Assembly (NCBI GenBank): GCA_031546925.1 | Contig: JAVBJO010000051.1 | Location: 301 to 64,300, forward strand | DNA length: 64,000 bases | Source: Rhodospirillaceae bacterium | Lineage (GTDB): Bacteria; Pseudomonadota; Alphaproteobacteria; Rhodospirillales; Magnetospirillaceae | Direction: 5' to 3' | In this document: in pieces, positions 47,050 to 55,980 of the stretch | How positions within the stretch are numbered: the stretch's first letter is position 1 | Layout: each line of letters opens with the position of its first letter | Notes under the pieces: generated by a model | Seen by the model: only the letters and a program-made list of their open reading frames with translations | The model's database searches: none | What the model was told of the DNA's origin: nothing | Made by a program: the position numbers and the translations under genes

Positions 47050-47907
47050 ATGACGATGATTTTCAGCGCCACGCTTCCCGTGCAGGGATACCAGAGGGTC
47101 AATTTCCCGGTTTCCGAGGATGGTTTGGTGGACTTTGTTTTTTCCGCGCCCTCCCCCATCGCGTACCGGATCCCACCGCCCCCCGCCTCGTTCTCTCAAA
47201 CTTTCCCAGGGGGAGCGGAGATGGCTAAACCTCCCGCCACCCTCCCGCGCAAGGGCATCCGTCCCCTCTCGGCATGGGAGATCGACCTTAATCCCCTGCC
47301 GGAGCCAGAAAAGAACGCCGTGGCGCAGGCGCATGTGCCGTTCGACCCCTTGAATCCCGAGGCTGACCTGGTCGCGGTGTGGACCGGGGAGGGATCGGAG
47401 CCGGTGGCGTATCGGATTCCGCCGCCGCCCAACCCGTTGCCGCCGCGCCGCCGCCGTGCCCCCTTCCCGGACGAAGCCCAGGCGGCGGAGACTCTGCCTG
47501 CGCCCCTGTCTCCCAAAGCAAACGGGCACATCTCCTTCGCCGACGTGTGCGAGGTGATCGGTCCTCAGGCGTCGGTCGAGCTGGCGCTTCGCTTGCCGGG
47601 GCACAGCCTCGACATCTCTCGTCAGCCTCGGCGGGGCTCTCTTTTGGTGCAGGCCGTCGGCCTGGAGGCGGCGGAAAAGCTGGGCGCGGTTTACGCTGGG
47701 GGGCGGTTCCAGGTCTCGGTCTCTGCCACCAAGTTAGTGATGGTGAAAGTCTTGCGCGAAAAGGGCTGGTCGATTAACAAGATCGCCGCAGAGCTGTATA
47801 TGTCAAGGGACGCGGTTTATGCCAATTTAAGGAAGCGCACCCCGCTTTCCCTTAGGGCCGAGTCGGAAACGCTCCCCTTGTCCGAGCAACTGGACCTCTT
47901 CCCCTAG
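47050..47907 (+). CDS. Mor/C-like transcriptional activator with a long proline-rich N-terminal extension
   Basis: The C-terminal 110 aa (LGAVYAGGRFQVSVS...KVLREKGWSINKIAAELYMSRDAVYANLRK) fits the Mor-family pattern. The N-terminal part contains two (I/V)AYRIPPPP repeats. Confidence 0.5.
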   Translation: MTMIFSATLPVQGYQRVNFPVSEDGLVDFVFSAPSPIAYRIPPPPASFSQTFPGGAEMAKPPATLPRKGIRPLSAWEIDLNPLPEPEKNAVAQAHVPFDPLNPEADLVAVWTGEGSEPVAYRIPPPPNPLPPRRRRAPFPDEAQAAETLPAPLSPKANGHISFADVCEVIGPQASVELALRLPGHSLDISRQPRRGSLLVQAVGLEAAEKLGAVYAGGRFQVSVSATKLVMVKVLREKGWSINKIAAELYMSRDAVYANLRKRTPLSLRAESETLPLSEQLDLFP

Positions 47908-47920
47908 GGATTCCGACGGG
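47896..47920 (+). promoter_or_regulatory. late-operon motif copy A: CTCTTCCCCTAGGGATTCCGACGGG
   Basis: Near-identical to 54502-54527. It lies 60-85 nt upstream of the first lysis-region gene and overlaps the stop codon of the Mor-like gene. Confidence 0.5.
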
Positions 47921-47940
47921 CAACGTCTTTCCCGCTTCTT

Positions 47941-47979
47941 AATATCCTCGCTTGAAATCATCGAGCGAGGATATTTTTT
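47941..47979 (+). terminator. strong hairpin plus T-tract abutting the ATG of the first lysis gene (terminator or translational control)
   Basis: Perfect 12-bp stem AATATCCTCGCT / AGCGAGGATATT, extendable by 3 bp, then TTTT-A-ATG. The only SD-like GAGG (47967-47970) lies in the 3' arm. Confidence 0.55.
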
Positions 47980-48399
47980 ATGGCTCCCCCGAAACAGCCG
48001 CGCGGCATCCGAAATCACAATCCCGGCAATATCGAGCGCAACGCCATCAAATGGAAAGGGATGAAGGATGATCAATCGTCTGATCCACGCTTTATTGTCT
48101 TTAGCGCTCCGGTCTGGGGTCTCCGTGCGCTGGCTCGACTGCTGCGCAATTACTATAACCGAGGTCAAAGATCGGTGGCGTCTATTCTCCTTACGTACGC
48201 TCCAGCGGTGGAAAACGACACCAACGCCTATATCGCAGCCGTCGCGTCCGCCTTGGGGGTGGCTGCGAATGAAACGATCGAACTCGACCAAGACATGAAA
48301 TTGGGCCTGATGCGGGCCATCGTTAAGCATGAGAACGGGCAAGACCCCTACCCCGAAGACCTTTATCGCGAGGCGATTCGTCTGGAGAACCCCGCATGA
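47980..48399 (+). CDS. conserved phage protein in the endolysin position (function inferred from position only)
   Basis: N-terminal RGIRNHNPGNIERNAIKWKG motif. It lies immediately upstream of the holin, and its stop overlaps the holin start. Confidence 0.35.
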   Translation: MAPPKQPRGIRNHNPGNIERNAIKWKGMKDDQSSDPRFIVFSAPVWGLRALARLLRNYYNRGQRSVASILLTYAPAVENDTNAYIAAVASALGVAANETIELDQDMKLGLMRAIVKHENGQDPYPEDLYREAIRLENPA

Positions 48400-48821
48400 T
48401 CCCGGCGTTTCTCGCCCCCCTTTTGGGGCCTTTGATGGGGGCTCTGTCGGGGGCCATCAAGTCGGTCTTCCCCGACTCCGAGGATGAACTCAAGCGCTTA
48501 AAAATCGAGCAGGAGATTCATCTTGCGCTTTTAAGTCAAAGTTCCGCCATCGAGGCCGCCGCCGGAGAGATCGTTAAGGCAGAGGCTCAATCCCAGTTCT
48601 TTTTAGTGGCGGCGTGGCGTCCAGTTCTGATGCTGGTCTTTGGAGGTTTGATTGTCGCCCGATGGTTCGGCTGGGCTTCGCCCGGCCTTACGGAGGCGGA
48701 AGCCTTGAAGCTTTGGACGATTGTCGAGTGGGGGCTGGGCGGATACGTGGCTGGTCGCTCGCTTGAAAAGATCGTCCCCGATGTGGCCAAGGCGGTGATT
48801 TCCGCCAAGGGGACGAAATGA
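48396..48821 (+). CDS. 3-TM holin (GTA_holin_3TM-like)
   Basis: The pattern KAEAQSQFFLVAAWRPVLMLVFGGLIV and the flanking hydrophobic segments resemble the GTA-type 3-TM holin family. Confidence 0.55.
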   Translation: MIPAFLAPLLGPLMGALSGAIKSVFPDSEDELKRLKIEQEIHLALLSQSSAIEAAAGEIVKAEAQSQFFLVAAWRPVLMLVFGGLIVARWFGWASPGLTEAEALKLWTIVEWGLGGYVAGRSLEKIVPDVAKAVISAKGTK

Positions 48822-49126
48822 GCCAGCTTGATCTTCTTAAGGACTGGCTCTGGCTGTTGAGCCTCGCCGCCCCCGTGGCGGCGGCGGCCTCTCTGTGGTG
48901 GCTGTCTCAGCGCTTTGCGTCGCGGTCTTACGTGGATCGAGTGGACGCCAAGGTGAGGGCTGCGACGGAACGCTTGGCTCTGGTTGAACAGAAAGTTTCC
49001 GCTCTTCCAACGGCGGAGGCTTTCATGATCATGCGCGAAACCCTGGCCAGGGTGGAAGTCATGACGGAAAGTAATACCGCCATGCTTTCCACAATTCAGA
49101 AACATCTCTTGAGGCAGGACCAATGA
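48818..49126 (+). CDS. membrane-anchored coiled-coil protein (DUF2730-like / spanin position)
   Basis: N-terminal TM WLWLLSLAAPVAAAASLWWL followed by a helical region. ATGA overlap with the holin. Confidence 0.4.
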   Translation: MSQLDLLKDWLWLLSLAAPVAAAASLWWLSQRFASRSYVDRVDAKVRAATERLALVEQKVSALPTAEAFMIMRETLARVEVMTESNTAMLSTIQKHLLRQDQ

Positions 49127-49428
49127 GTTACGCCGAGACTTTTGCTCGTGATCTGCGACTGGCGATCTTACGTTCTCTCGACGAACTTCCACCAGGCGTG
49201 TGCAGCGATTCGTTTTTAATCAAACGGCTGCGGATGATTTACCACCCCGCCACCCGCGATCAGGTGGATGGGGCGGTGGTCTGGCTGGCCGAGCAAGGGT
49301 TGCTCCGCCTGGAGATCACGCCAGGCGTCGCGCCCAAGGGACTCGTCTTGTTGGAACGAGGCTCCGAGGTGGCTTGTGGCCGCGCGATGCATCCGGGCGT
49401 GGACAGTCCCTCCCGTCCCCGGTATTAG
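49123..49428 (+). CDS. hypothetical protein
   Basis: Overlaps the upstream stop and lies in the late operon. No family recognised. Confidence 0.45.
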   Translation: MSYAETFARDLRLAILRSLDELPPGVCSDSFLIKRLRMIYHPATRDQVDGAVVWLAEQGLLRLEITPGVAPKGLVLLERGSEVACGRAMHPGVDSPSRPRY

Positions 49429-49430
49429 CG

Positions 49431-49943
49431 ATGGGCCGCCGCTCCACGCTGTCCCGTCTGCCGACCGCCCTCCGCGCGGCGGTGGATGATGCCCTTCGCG
49501 AGGGCTCGACCATCGAAGAAATCGTTGCTCTGCTGAGGACCCTGGGGCAGTCGGCCAGCCGCTCGGCGGTGGGGCGCTACGCGAAAGAGGCCCGCCAAAT
49601 CACCGAACGCACCGATCGCGCCCGAGAGATTTCCCGCGTCCTGGTGGGGCGGCTGGGGGATGACCCCGAGGGGAAGATGAGCCGGGGGATTGGCTCGATG
49701 CTTCAATCCATGATTTTTGACTACCTCGCCCCCACGGTCGAGGGCGCGATCCCGCAGCTGAAACCGTCTGATTTCATGGCGATGGCGCGCGCACTCAAGG
49801 ATCTGGTGGGGGCCGAGAAGACCGCAACGGAGACCGCCCTTAAAGTCGGCATCAAGGCGATTGAAACCACCGGCAAGAAGAGCGGCCTGAGCAAAGAGGT
49901 CATTTCCCAAATCAAAGCCGAGTTCTTAGGGATCCTCTCATGA
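49431..49943 (+). CDS. DUF3486 / Mu gp27-like small terminase subunit
   Basis: MGRRSTLSRLPTALRAAVDDALREGSTIEEIVALLRTLGQSASRSAVGRYAKE is the typical family start. In-frame ATG 49431. Confidence 0.65.
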   Translation: MGRRSTLSRLPTALRAAVDDALREGSTIEEIVALLRTLGQSASRSAVGRYAKEARQITERTDRAREISRVLVGRLGDDPEGKMSRGIGSMLQSMIFDYLAPTVEGAIPQLKPSDFMAMARALKDLVGAEKTATETALKVGIKAIETTGKKSGLSKEVISQIKAEFLGILS

Positions 49944-51337
49944 GCGATATCCTTCTTCCTTATCAACGCCGTGCACTTAAACTTATCGCCGCTCACCCGG
50001 TGACGGTGATCGAGAAGAGCCGCCGCATCGGTTTGACTTGGGCGGTGGCCGCCGATGCAGTCCTTACCGCTGCCGCGGTTAAGACGGCTGGTGGGATGGA
50101 TGTTTATTACTTGGCTTACGAGAAGGAAATGACCCGCGAGTTCATTGATACCTGCGCCACGTGGGCCAAGATGGTGGATCAAGCCGCCTCGGAAGTAGAG
50201 GAGTTTGTCTTCAAGGACAGCGACAAAGACATCCTGGCCTTCCGCCTGCACTTCGCCAGTGGGTTTAATATTATCGCTCTGTCGTCCACACCGCGCGGCT
50301 TGCGGGGTCGTCAAGGCAAGGTGATCATCGACGAGGCCGCCTTTCACGACAACTTGGACGAGGTGCTCAAAGCCGCCCTGGCACTCCTGATCTGGGGCGG
50401 CAAGGTCATCGTCTTGTCCACCCATGATGGCGCGGATAATCCGTTTTACCGGCTGGTGGCGAATGCGACCTCGGGACAGACCCCCCACGGGCACTTGAGG
50501 ATCACTTTCGACGACGCCCTGAAAGACGGCCTCTATCACCGCATTTGCGCCACCACGGGGCAAGTCTGGTCGGCCGCAGCCGAAACCCAATGGCGAGAAG
50601 AGATCATTGCCCAGTACGGCGAAGGCGCGGACGAGGAGCTGTTTTGTCTCCCCCGCCAGGGGGGCGGATCCTGGATTGATCCCGCCGACATCGAACGAGC
50701 GGTCGATCCCGAGGCCGGGCGTCCGGACCTCTATCGGGGCGGGCTGGTTTATCTGGGCAACGATATCGCGCGAAGAAATGATCGTTGGGTTTTGACCGTC
50801 TTAGAGCGGGTGGGAGAGCAGCTCATTTTGCGGGAAGAAATCGTGTTGGCCAACGAACGCTTTTCCGTCCACGAGGACTTGATCGGCGCGGCGATGACCC
50901 ACTACCGGGTGCTGCGCCTGGCCATGGATCAAACCGGCATGGGTGAAGTTCCGGTCGAGAGAGCATTGGAGCGCTACGGAACCCGCGTCGAGGGCGTGGT
51001 GATGTCGGGGCCGCGCCGCTTGGCGGTGGCGACGGCGGCCAAGCAAGCCTTCGAGGACGGCACCCTTAAAATCCCCAACGATCCCGCCTTAAAAGCCGAT
51101 CTGCGCAAGCTGCGCCGGGTGGCGGGACCAACCGGTGCGCCCCGTTTGATGGCAGGACGGGACAGCACGGGACACGCGGATCGGGCGTGGGCTTTGTTCC
51201 TGGCGCTGGCCGCCGCGAATGGGGCCGCCGAGGAATACGCTTATCACCCGGTGCCCTCTCGGGGTGACTCCCAAAATTGGCTCCGCCCCACCCACGATGA
51301 TGAGGCTTCTCGCCGCTTTGGCCGAGGGACTTGGTAA
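49940..51337 (+). CDS. terminase large subunit (Mu gp28-like)
   Basis: LPYQRRALKLI...KSRRIGLTWA (P-loop-like) with a C-terminal nuclease region. It sits between the small terminase and the portal. Confidence 0.8.
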   Translation: MSDILLPYQRRALKLIAAHPVTVIEKSRRIGLTWAVAADAVLTAAAVKTAGGMDVYYLAYEKEMTREFIDTCATWAKMVDQAASEVEEFVFKDSDKDILAFRLHFASGFNIIALSSTPRGLRGRQGKVIIDEAAFHDNLDEVLKAALALLIWGGKVIVLSTHDGADNPFYRLVANATSGQTPHGHLRITFDDALKDGLYHRICATTGQVWSAAAETQWREEIIAQYGEGADEELFCLPRQGGGSWIDPADIERAVDPEAGRPDLYRGGLVYLGNDIARRNDRWVLTVLERVGEQLILREEIVLANERFSVHEDLIGAAMTHYRVLRLAMDQTGMGEVPVERALERYGTRVEGVVMSGPRRLAVATAAKQAFEDGTLKIPNDPALKADLRKLRRVAGPTGAPRLMAGRDSTGHADRAWALFLALAAANGAAEEYAYHPVPSRGDSQNWLRPTHDDEASRRFGRGTW

Positions 51338-51349
51338 GGATTTTCCCAG

Positions 51350-52888
51350 ATGGCACAGTTGCTTGGGCCGGATGGCCTGCCCCTGAAGCGTGAGACCTTG
51401 CTTGCCCAGCAGGCAGCCCCCTCGCTGGTTGGCACGCGCTCGATTCTCTCGGGGCATCCTTCCCGAGGGCTGACCCCGGCCCGGCTGGCCAGCCTGTTGC
51501 GTGAGGCCGAGGAAGGCAATCCTACCGCCTATCTGGAATTGGCCGAGGAGATGGAGGAAAAAGACCTCCACTACCGAGGCGTCATCGCTAAACGCAAGAC
51601 GGCGGTGAGTCAATTACCTCTGTCGGTCGTGGCGGTTTCGGACGAGTCCTCGGATCAACGCGCCGCCGCTCTGGTACGCGAAGTGATTTCCGGCTTCGCC
51701 ATCGAAGATCACCTGTTCGATTTGTTGGACGGCATCGGCAAGGGCTTCGCCGTGTGTGAGATTCTGTGGGATGTGTCGGGAACCACCTGGCGGGTGGCGG
51801 GGCTTAAGTACCGCGATCCGCGCTGGTTTCGTTTTGACCCCCTCGACGGGCAGACCCTGCATCTCCTGGGGGATGACGGCCTGCCGCAAGTTCTACCGCC
51901 CTACCAGTTTGTGATTCACACACCCAAGAGCAAGTCCGGCCTGCCGATCCGGGGCGGCTTGGCGCGCGCGTGCGCGTGGTCTTTCTTGTTCAAGTCGTTT
52001 GACCTTCGGGCTTGGGTGGAGTTCGCCGAGATTTACGGCCATCCCGTCCGCTTGGGGAAATACGGCCCTGGGGCGAGCGAGATCGATAAGGCGGCCCTGT
52101 TTCGCGCTCTCAGCAATATCAGGCGGGATTCTTGCGCAGCCATCCCCAACTCCATGATGATGGAGTTCATCGAGGCCAAGCAAACCGGCTCCATTGACCT
52201 CTACGAGCGCCTGGCCGATTACCTGGATCGCCAGATTTCCAAGGCTGTGCTCGGCGGGACCGCCGGGACCGATGCCATCGCCGGAGGCCACGCGGTCGGC
52301 AAAGAGCATCGCGCTGTTGAGGGTGACATCGAGCAATCCGATGCCCGCCAACTGGCGGCCACCCTCAATCGCGACCTGGTGCGTCCGCTGATCGGCTTTA
52401 ACTTCCCGCCCGGCTGCCCCTGCCCCAAGATCATCATCGGTCGCCCCGAGCAAGAAGACCTGAGCAAGCTCTTAGGACTGACCTTCGAGGCAGTGGATCG
52501 CGGCATGAGCGTGGGTCAATCCGTTGTGCGCGACAAACTGGGCTTCGAGGATCCCGGCAAGGACGAGGCCCTGCTGCGCCCCAAAGGCACCCCCAAAACC
52601 CCGCCGGTCCTGGCGGCAAGCCAGGTGGTCCTGGCCACAAGCGAGACGGAGCCGCCCCCAGATGACTTAGAGGACTTCATGGCGGCGGAACTGGGGCACT
52701 GGGAAGAGGTGATGGATCCCCTGCTGGAAACCGTCCGGGCGCTTTTGGACGATTGCGATTCTCTGGAAACCTTCCTGGAGCGCCTGCCCGAACTGGCCGC
52801 CGATCTGCCCCTAGAGGCCCTGACCCAAAGCCTCGCCAAGAGCCTGTTCGTCGCCCGCGCCTTGGGGGCCTCGGATGCCAAGCGTTAG
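51350..52888 (+). CDS. portal protein (DUF935 / Mu gp29-like)
   Basis: GLTPARLASLLREAEEGNPTAYLELAEEMEEKDLHYRGVIAKRKTAV is the characteristic DUF935 N-terminal pattern. Confidence 0.85.
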   Translation: MAQLLGPDGLPLKRETLLAQQAAPSLVGTRSILSGHPSRGLTPARLASLLREAEEGNPTAYLELAEEMEEKDLHYRGVIAKRKTAVSQLPLSVVAVSDESSDQRAAALVREVISGFAIEDHLFDLLDGIGKGFAVCEILWDVSGTTWRVAGLKYRDPRWFRFDPLDGQTLHLLGDDGLPQVLPPYQFVIHTPKSKSGLPIRGGLARACAWSFLFKSFDLRAWVEFAEIYGHPVRLGKYGPGASEIDKAALFRALSNIRRDSCAAIPNSMMMEFIEAKQTGSIDLYERLADYLDRQISKAVLGGTAGTDAIAGGHAVGKEHRAVEGDIEQSDARQLAATLNRDLVRPLIGFNFPPGCPCPKIIIGRPEQEDLSKLLGLTFEAVDRGMSVGQSVVRDKLGFEDPGKDEALLRPKGTPKTPPVLAASQVVLATSETEPPPDDLEDFMAAELGHWEEVMDPLLETVRALLDDCDSLETFLERLPELAADLPLEALTQSLAKSLFVARALGASDAKR

Positions 52889-54182
52889 CTTCACCCCCCA
52901 CATCCCCCAGGCGGAGGTGGATTACCTCAAGGCCAAGGGCCACGTCCTCGATCCTTCGTGGAATTGGCAAGAGCTGTGGAAACAAGACCACGCGCGCGCC
53001 TTCACCGTGGCGAAAAGCACCGGCTTTGACGTGCTGGGCGACATCCACGCCCTGGTGGAACGCGCCAAAACAGACGGCTGGACTTCCCAGCAATTTAAGA
53101 AGGAGCTTTCTCCCCTGCTTCAAGCGAAGGGCTGGTGGGGTCGCAAGGAGGTGGTCAATCCCCACACCGGCCAACTGCAAACCGTCCAACTGGGTTCGGC
53201 GCGGCGCTTGGATCTGATCTACGACGTCAACATGCGCACCGCCCACGCGGCGGGGGTGTGGATGCGCATCGAGCGTAATCAGACTTCCCATCCGTACTTG
53301 CGCTACATTACCATCTTGGACCGGCGCACGCGGCAACAGCACAAGCAATGGAACGGCACGGTGTTGCGCTGGGATCACCCCTGGTGGGAGACCCACTTCC
53401 CCCCCAACGGTTGGCGTTGTCGTTGTTCGGTGCAGCAGTTGTCGGAGCGGGATCTGGAGCGCTACGGGCACACCCTATCCCCCGATCCGCCCGAGCGGAC
53501 CCGTCGGGTGAAGCATCCCGTCACCGGAGAAGACATCGACGTTCCCGACGGCCTCGACCCGCCGTTCGCCTACAATCCCGGCAAGGCGGCGCTGGACGTC
53601 CACGCCGCCCAAGCCTTGGCGGGCAAGGTGGCGGGGCTGCCCCCCGCTTTGGCGCAACAAGCGGCAAGGGCTTCGGCGGAACTGGTGACGGGAACGTTGG
53701 CAAGGGGGTATCGCACCTGGATCGAGGACGTCATTAGGCAGGTTCCCCTTGCAGGGAAAGGCGAGGCGATTCCAATCGGGTTCATCAGTTCGCCTGTTCT
53801 GAATGCCTTGAAAGCAGCCTCGATTAGCGATGCCAGCCCCGTGATCTCTGTCAGCCACGCCTTCGGCCACGCGACTCGAAGCGTGAAGACGCAGGCGACG
53901 ACGCCGACAGGGAAGCCGAAGGCGTTGCCTGTCGATGAGATTCTGCGTTTGCCCGAGCTGCTCCGTCAGGCGACGGCCGTGTATCTGGACAAGGACAGTC
54001 TTATTTATGAGATTCCCACAGCTGTACCGGGGCGGGTGGGAAAGGTGGTCATGGAGCTTTCCAGAGAGACGAAAGATCGAGTCCGAGGGGAGAGAGTCAA
54101 GAGCCGTTCAACGCGAATCATTACCGTCGGGACGACCGATGCCACATCTTTAAAAGGCTATAAACTTTTGTGGAAAAAATGA
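52875..54182 (+). CDS. head morphogenesis protein (Mu F / gp30-like)
   Basis: RTRQQHKQWNGTVLRWDHPWWETHFPPNGWRCRCSV motif. Confidence 0.85.
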   Translation: MPSVSFTPHIPQAEVDYLKAKGHVLDPSWNWQELWKQDHARAFTVAKSTGFDVLGDIHALVERAKTDGWTSQQFKKELSPLLQAKGWWGRKEVVNPHTGQLQTVQLGSARRLDLIYDVNMRTAHAAGVWMRIERNQTSHPYLRYITILDRRTRQQHKQWNGTVLRWDHPWWETHFPPNGWRCRCSVQQLSERDLERYGHTLSPDPPERTRRVKHPVTGEDIDVPDGLDPPFAYNPGKAALDVHAAQALAGKVAGLPPALAQQAARASAELVTGTLARGYRTWIEDVIRQVPLAGKGEAIPIGFISSPVLNALKAASISDASPVISVSHAFGHATRSVKTQATTPTGKPKALPVDEILRLPELLRQATAVYLDKDSLIYEIPTAVPGRVGKVVMELSRETKDRVRGERVKSRSTRIITVGTTDATSLKGYKLLWKK

Positions 54183-54437
54183 GGCGATAGGCACCAGGAC
54201 GCTACCTCTGGATCGGATACGGGCGAAACCGCACCCTCGGTGGTCGCGCGACTTTCCACAACGCTTGCCAACCGCCTCGAATCTCAAGATGCGTCATTTA
54301 GAAAAAAATGCAAGAGCCTGAAAAAAACCACTTGCGTGGTGTCCGATAAAGCGGATGCCCATGGGAAATAAAAGGGTACGGTTTTTTTGGCGCCTGAGGC
54401 CTTTTCCTCCTTCTCCCCTCCCACCCTAGCGGCCATT

Positions 54438-54461
54438 TTTTTAAACGCCTTTTTAAACGGC
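54438..54461 (+). repeat. 12-bp tandem duplication TTTTTAAACGCC / TTTTTAAACGGC
   Basis: Read directly. It lies about 40 nt upstream of motif copy B, in the 368-bp non-coding gap. Confidence 0.7.
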
Positions 54462-54501
54462 TTTGGCGCGAATTAGCCCCCCTTCCTAGGGGTGAAAGAG
54501 A

Positions 54502-54527
54502 CTCTTCCCCCTAGGAATTCCGACGGG
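54502..54527 (+). promoter_or_regulatory. late-operon motif copy B: CTCTTCCCCCTAGGAATTCCGACGGG
   Basis: Matches copy A except for one extra C and one G/A change. It lies 24-49 nt upstream of the protease gene ATG. Confidence 0.5.
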
Positions 54528-54550
54528 AGAGTTTCCTCCGCCCCCCCCGC

Positions 54551-55567
54551 ATGATGCCCCCCATCATGCTGATCACCACCTCTCACTTATTGTCCCTTCC
54601 CGATTCCGATTCCGCCGTGCCGGAGTGGATCCTTTTGCTGCCCACGGGGGCGGCGCTGCCTCGGGATGGGCGGGGGCCGTGGCAAGTGGATCCGGGCGTG
54701 GTGGTCGCGGCTACCTTGGCGCGTCAGGGCACAACGGATCTGGCCATCGACTACGAGCATCAATCTGTTCACGCCAAGACCAATGGGCAGCCGGCCCCTG
54801 CGGCGGGGTGGATTTCCCAGTTGGAGGCCCGGCCCGATGGGGTCTGGGGGCGCACCTCTTGGACCGAACGCGCCAAGGGGCACCTTGCCGCTCGCGAGTA
54901 TCGCTATCTCTCCCCCGCCTTCCAGGTCGATCCGCGCAATCGAGCGCAGCATCTGGTCTCGGTGGCGCTGGTCACCTCTCCGGCGCTGGAGCTTCCGGCG
55001 TTGGCCTCTCAATCCTGTTTTTTGGAGTCTTCCATGCCTCTTGCTCCTGTTTTGGCGGCAACCCTTGGCCTACCCTCGGCCACGCCCGAGGACGCCTTGA
55101 TCGCCCGCGTGCGTGACTTAAACGAAGGGCATGTCGCCTTGTGTGCCGCCCTCGCCGTGCCGACGGCTACCCCGACGGCGGGATTGGTGCTGGCGGCGCA
55201 AGCCGGTCTGAGCCCTGATCCGGCCAAGTTCGCTCCCCTGGCGGCGTTGGAGGCGGCCAATGCCGAACTCGCCAAGTTGAAGCAGGCGGGGCAGCTCGCC
55301 GAGGCGGAGGCCTTGGTCCTTGCCGCATCGGCCGACGGGAAGTTGCCGCCCGCCATGCTGACCTGGGGACGGGAATACGCCGCCTCCAATCCCGTTGGCT
55401 TCAAAGCTTGGGCGGCGGCGGCCCCCAAAATCGTTCTTGCCGGTCAAGCGTTTGGGGCGGGGACGCCTCCGGTTCCGGGGGCGTCGTTGGACGCCGAAGA
55501 GTCCCGGGTGTGTGCCGCGATGGGCCTCACCCCGGAGGCTTTCCTTAAAGCCAAGGGAGAAAAATAA
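54551..55567 (+). CDS. Mu I-like prohead protease / scaffold
   Basis: WILLLPTG...DGRGPWQVD...AIDYEHQS...AAGWISQLEARPDGVWG...YRYLSPAF matches the Mu-like prophage protein I pattern. The C-terminal region is Ala-rich and scaffold-like. Confidence 0.8.
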   Translation: MMPPIMLITTSHLLSLPDSDSAVPEWILLLPTGAALPRDGRGPWQVDPGVVVAATLARQGTTDLAIDYEHQSVHAKTNGQPAPAAGWISQLEARPDGVWGRTSWTERAKGHLAAREYRYLSPAFQVDPRNRAQHLVSVALVTSPALELPALASQSCFLESSMPLAPVLAATLGLPSATPEDALIARVRDLNEGHVALCAALAVPTATPTAGLVLAAQAGLSPDPAKFAPLAALEAANAELAKLKQAGQLAEAEALVLAASADGKLPPAMLTWGREYAASNPVGFKAWAAAAPKIVLAGQAFGAGTPPVPGASLDAEESRVCAAMGLTPEAFLKAKGEK

Positions 55568-55956
55568 TGCCGATGTTGACCGAGAGCCGGGAACTCCTGT
55601 CCCGCGATGGGGCGTTTTTCAGCTTCCTCGCTGGGGCACAAATTTTCAAAGGATCCCTGGTGGCCTTGGTGGGCGGAAAAGCCGTCCCCGCCAGCGCGGA
55701 TCTCGCCCTCACCGTGGTGGGAATCGCCACGAAGAATGCCGAAGCGGGCGAGGCCTGCTCGGTTCGGCGCGAAGGGTGTTTCCTGTTCAACAACGCCGGT
55801 GGCGCGGATGCCCTCTCCCTTACACACGTCGGACGGCCCGCCTTCGTACTCGACGACCACACGGTCGCGGCGACAGATGGCGGGGCCACCCGACCTCTGG
55901 CCGGGATCGTCCGGGATGTGGATCTCGATGCTGATTGTGTTTGGCTCGAATTTTAA
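55567..55956 (+). CDS. DUF2190-like head decoration/cement protein
   Basis: Size and position between protease and capsid, with a beta-rich G/A/V composition. Confidence 0.45.
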   Translation: MPMLTESRELLSRDGAFFSFLAGAQIFKGSLVALVGGKAVPASADLALTVVGIATKNAEAGEACSVRREGCFLFNNAGGADALSLTHVGRPAFVLDDHTVAATDGGATRPLAGIVRDVDLDADCVWLEF

Positions 55957-55980
55957 ACCCTTTTGAAGGATTCTCCGCCC

